A stretch of 64,000 nt of DNA, from positions 23,436-87,435 of the forward strand of contig JBDRDJ010000020.1 of NCBI GenBank assembly GCA_043820815.1. Direction: 5' to 3'. Positions within the stretch are counted from its first letter, which is position 1. Every line of letters starts with the position of its first letter. The notes below the pieces were generated by a model. The model was not told where the DNA came from, ran no database searches, and saw only the letters and a list, made by a program, of their open reading frames with translations. The translations under genes were made by a program, and so were the position numbers. This document shows, in pieces, positions 62,758-64,000 of the stretch. The DNA is from Candidatus Omnitrophota bacterium (GTDB taxonomy: Bacteria; Omnitrophota; Gorgyraeia; Duberdicusellales; 4484-171).

Positions 62758-63762
62758 ATGGCTGAAAAAAGAGAATTGCCTGATTTCACAAAAAGAGATT
62801 TCACCGATATAAAATCATTTTTGCTGGTACTTAAGAAAGACTACTCAAGTGTTGTTTCAAAAAGCATGTCTTCTGATACTCGTTCGTTTTTAAGCCGTTA
62901 TTACGATGGCTGCAGAATAAGTCATCCACATAAGAAATACTTGATAAAGGATCTCAATAATCTTATCGCTGATGAGTCTTTGTATCATGTAACGGCCGGG
63001 CGTTGCGCAGGCAAAAATCTTGATATAAATTTATCACAAAGGACAAAAGAATTCTTCGATGAGCTTTCTTTTCTTAACGAAGATTCTGATGGATTAACAC
63101 CGTCTCAAAAGGTCAAAATAAAATGGCTTAACCGTTTGATCCTTCAAGATATGTATCCTAAGGCAATAAGGGCTATTGAGCCCAAAGGTATCATAAGAGA
63201 GTGGATAGAGGCATTCATATTTGCCGGGATTCTTGTTGTATTTGTAAGAACTTTTTTCTTTCAGATGTATAAGATTCCAACCACTTCAATGGTCCCCACG
63301 CTTTTACCCAAGGATAAAATATTTGCCAGTAAGGTTAACTATGGGCCTAAGCTGCCTTTTATTTCCTTGTGCATTCCCGGATTAAGCAAGCCTAAAACAG
63401 GAGAAGTGGTTGTGTTTATTCCTCCCGAGGAAAGCGGAAAGAACTGGTTTGTGCGAAAACAGTACATAAAGCGGCTTATCGGAACAGGAGGTGATAAAAT
63501 ACGTATTGCCGACGGAAACATTTATATAAACGGTAAAATAGTAGTTGACCCGCGCATAGCAAAGAATTATTATTATAATCTGGGGCTATACGGTAAGGAA
63601 GGTAAAGAAATCGAAGTTCCCGAAGGAAAATATTTCTTCTTAGGAGATAACAGCATAAATTCTCAGGATAGCAGGGTCTGGGGTTTTGCTGACGAAAAAG
63701 ATATAATAGGTAAAGCTATTTTCATCTGGTGGCCTCCTAAGCGAATCGGCATGATCGAATAA
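62758..63762 (+). CDS. lepB: signal peptidase I with ~140-aa N-terminal extension
   Basis: The catalytic Ser context PTTSMVPTL, the Lys box YIKRLIG, and GDNSINSQDSR. The TM helix is at about aa 150-165. Confidence 0.88.
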   Translation: MAEKRELPDFTKRDFTDIKSFLLVLKKDYSSVVSKSMSSDTRSFLSRYYDGCRISHPHKKYLIKDLNNLIADESLYHVTAGRCAGKNLDINLSQRTKEFFDELSFLNEDSDGLTPSQKVKIKWLNRLILQDMYPKAIRAIEPKGIIREWIEAFIFAGILVVFVRTFFFQMYKIPTTSMVPTLLPKDKIFASKVNYGPKLPFISLCIPGLSKPKTGEVVVFIPPEESGKNWFVRKQYIKRLIGTGGDKIRIADGNIYINGKIVVDPRIAKNYYYNLGLYGKEGKEIEVPEGKYFFLGDNSINSQDSRVWGFADEKDIIGKAIFIWWPPKRIGMIE

Positions 63763-63770
63763 AATAATAC

Positions 63771-63838
63771 GTAGGAGCAGGGCTTGTGACCGAAGGGAAC
63801 CCTGAGTATTTCCGAAGGGCCCCTGCCCGTAATAAATA
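63771..63838 (+). repeat. REP-like element copy 5 with a 38-nt insertion in the loop
   Basis: GTAGGAGCAGGG..CCCTGCCCGTAATAAATA, with stem GCAGGG (63777-63782)/CCCTGC (63821-63826). The interior carries CGAAGGG/ACCCTGAG words also seen at 16482-16526. Confidence 0.7.
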
Positions 63839-63858
63839 TTTGACAAAAGGAGGGTAAC

Positions 63859-64000
63859 ATGAAAAAGTTAACGATATTTCTAAGCGTTCTAATTGCGATG
63901 GTTGCAATATCCGGATGCACAACAACGCAAAAAGGTGCGGCAACGGGAGCCGCAGTGGGAGCTGGTTTAGGGGCAATTATCGGGCATCAGTCAGGTGAAA
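63859..64000 (+). CDS. small glycine-zipper lipoprotein (5' partial, runs off window)
   Basis: SD AAGGAGGG at 63847-63854, signal peptide with lipobox AISGC, then GAATGAAVGAGLGAIIG (glycine zipper). Confidence 0.6.
   Translation, partial: MKKLTIFLSVLIAMVAISGCTTTQKGAATGAAVGAGLGAIIGHQSGE

Overview
This is about 64 kb of low-GC (roughly 40% by eye) bacterial chromosome, densely packed with housekeeping genes, almost all on the + strand. I found no rRNA, CRISPR array, transposase, phage gene or recognisable defence or toxin system. From left to right the window holds: a lysC-cimA-ilvB-ilvN-ilvC-(unknown)-leuA amino-acid block; aroE-pilD-aroC-folC-mnmE-folE; uvrD (-); two CNNM/CBS transporters; a PIN-like HARP (RNA-free RNase P) homolog (-); and an envelope and replication set of bamD-like, lptE-like, holA-like, rpsT (-), murJ, a compact uvrC, pilT, prfB, secA and lnt. 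It continues with a lipid A acyltransferase, a ROK protein, a coiled-coil protein, a LacI regulator, class II RNR nrdJ, gpmA and mnmG. Next are lpxB plus a Gfo/Idh/MocA oxidoreductase (-), msbA, rpsB-tsf-pyrH-frr, tRNA-Lys/Leu/Gly, ptsN-ptsH-ptsI, and pheA-hisC-aroF-tyrA-cmk-lepA-lepB. The lpx, msbA, bamD and lnt genes indicate a diderm. Phylum cannot be fixed from this sequence alone, though the content fits an uncultivated lineage. The unusual signal is in the non-coding and micro-repeat layer, not in a gene cassette. (1) A REP-like family of GTAG-headed GC hairpins with a conserved CCCGTAATAAATA tail sits at successive intercistronic junctions. (2) Several families of heptanucleotide-phased tandem micro-arrays (NAAAAAT, AACCAGW, CGCAWWC, AAYRGYA) lie in spacers, in an inverted pair before lepA, and in-frame inside mnmE and folC. 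(3) There are candidate tandem NrdR boxes before nrdJ and near-leaderless promoters. All functional readings of these repeats are inference.
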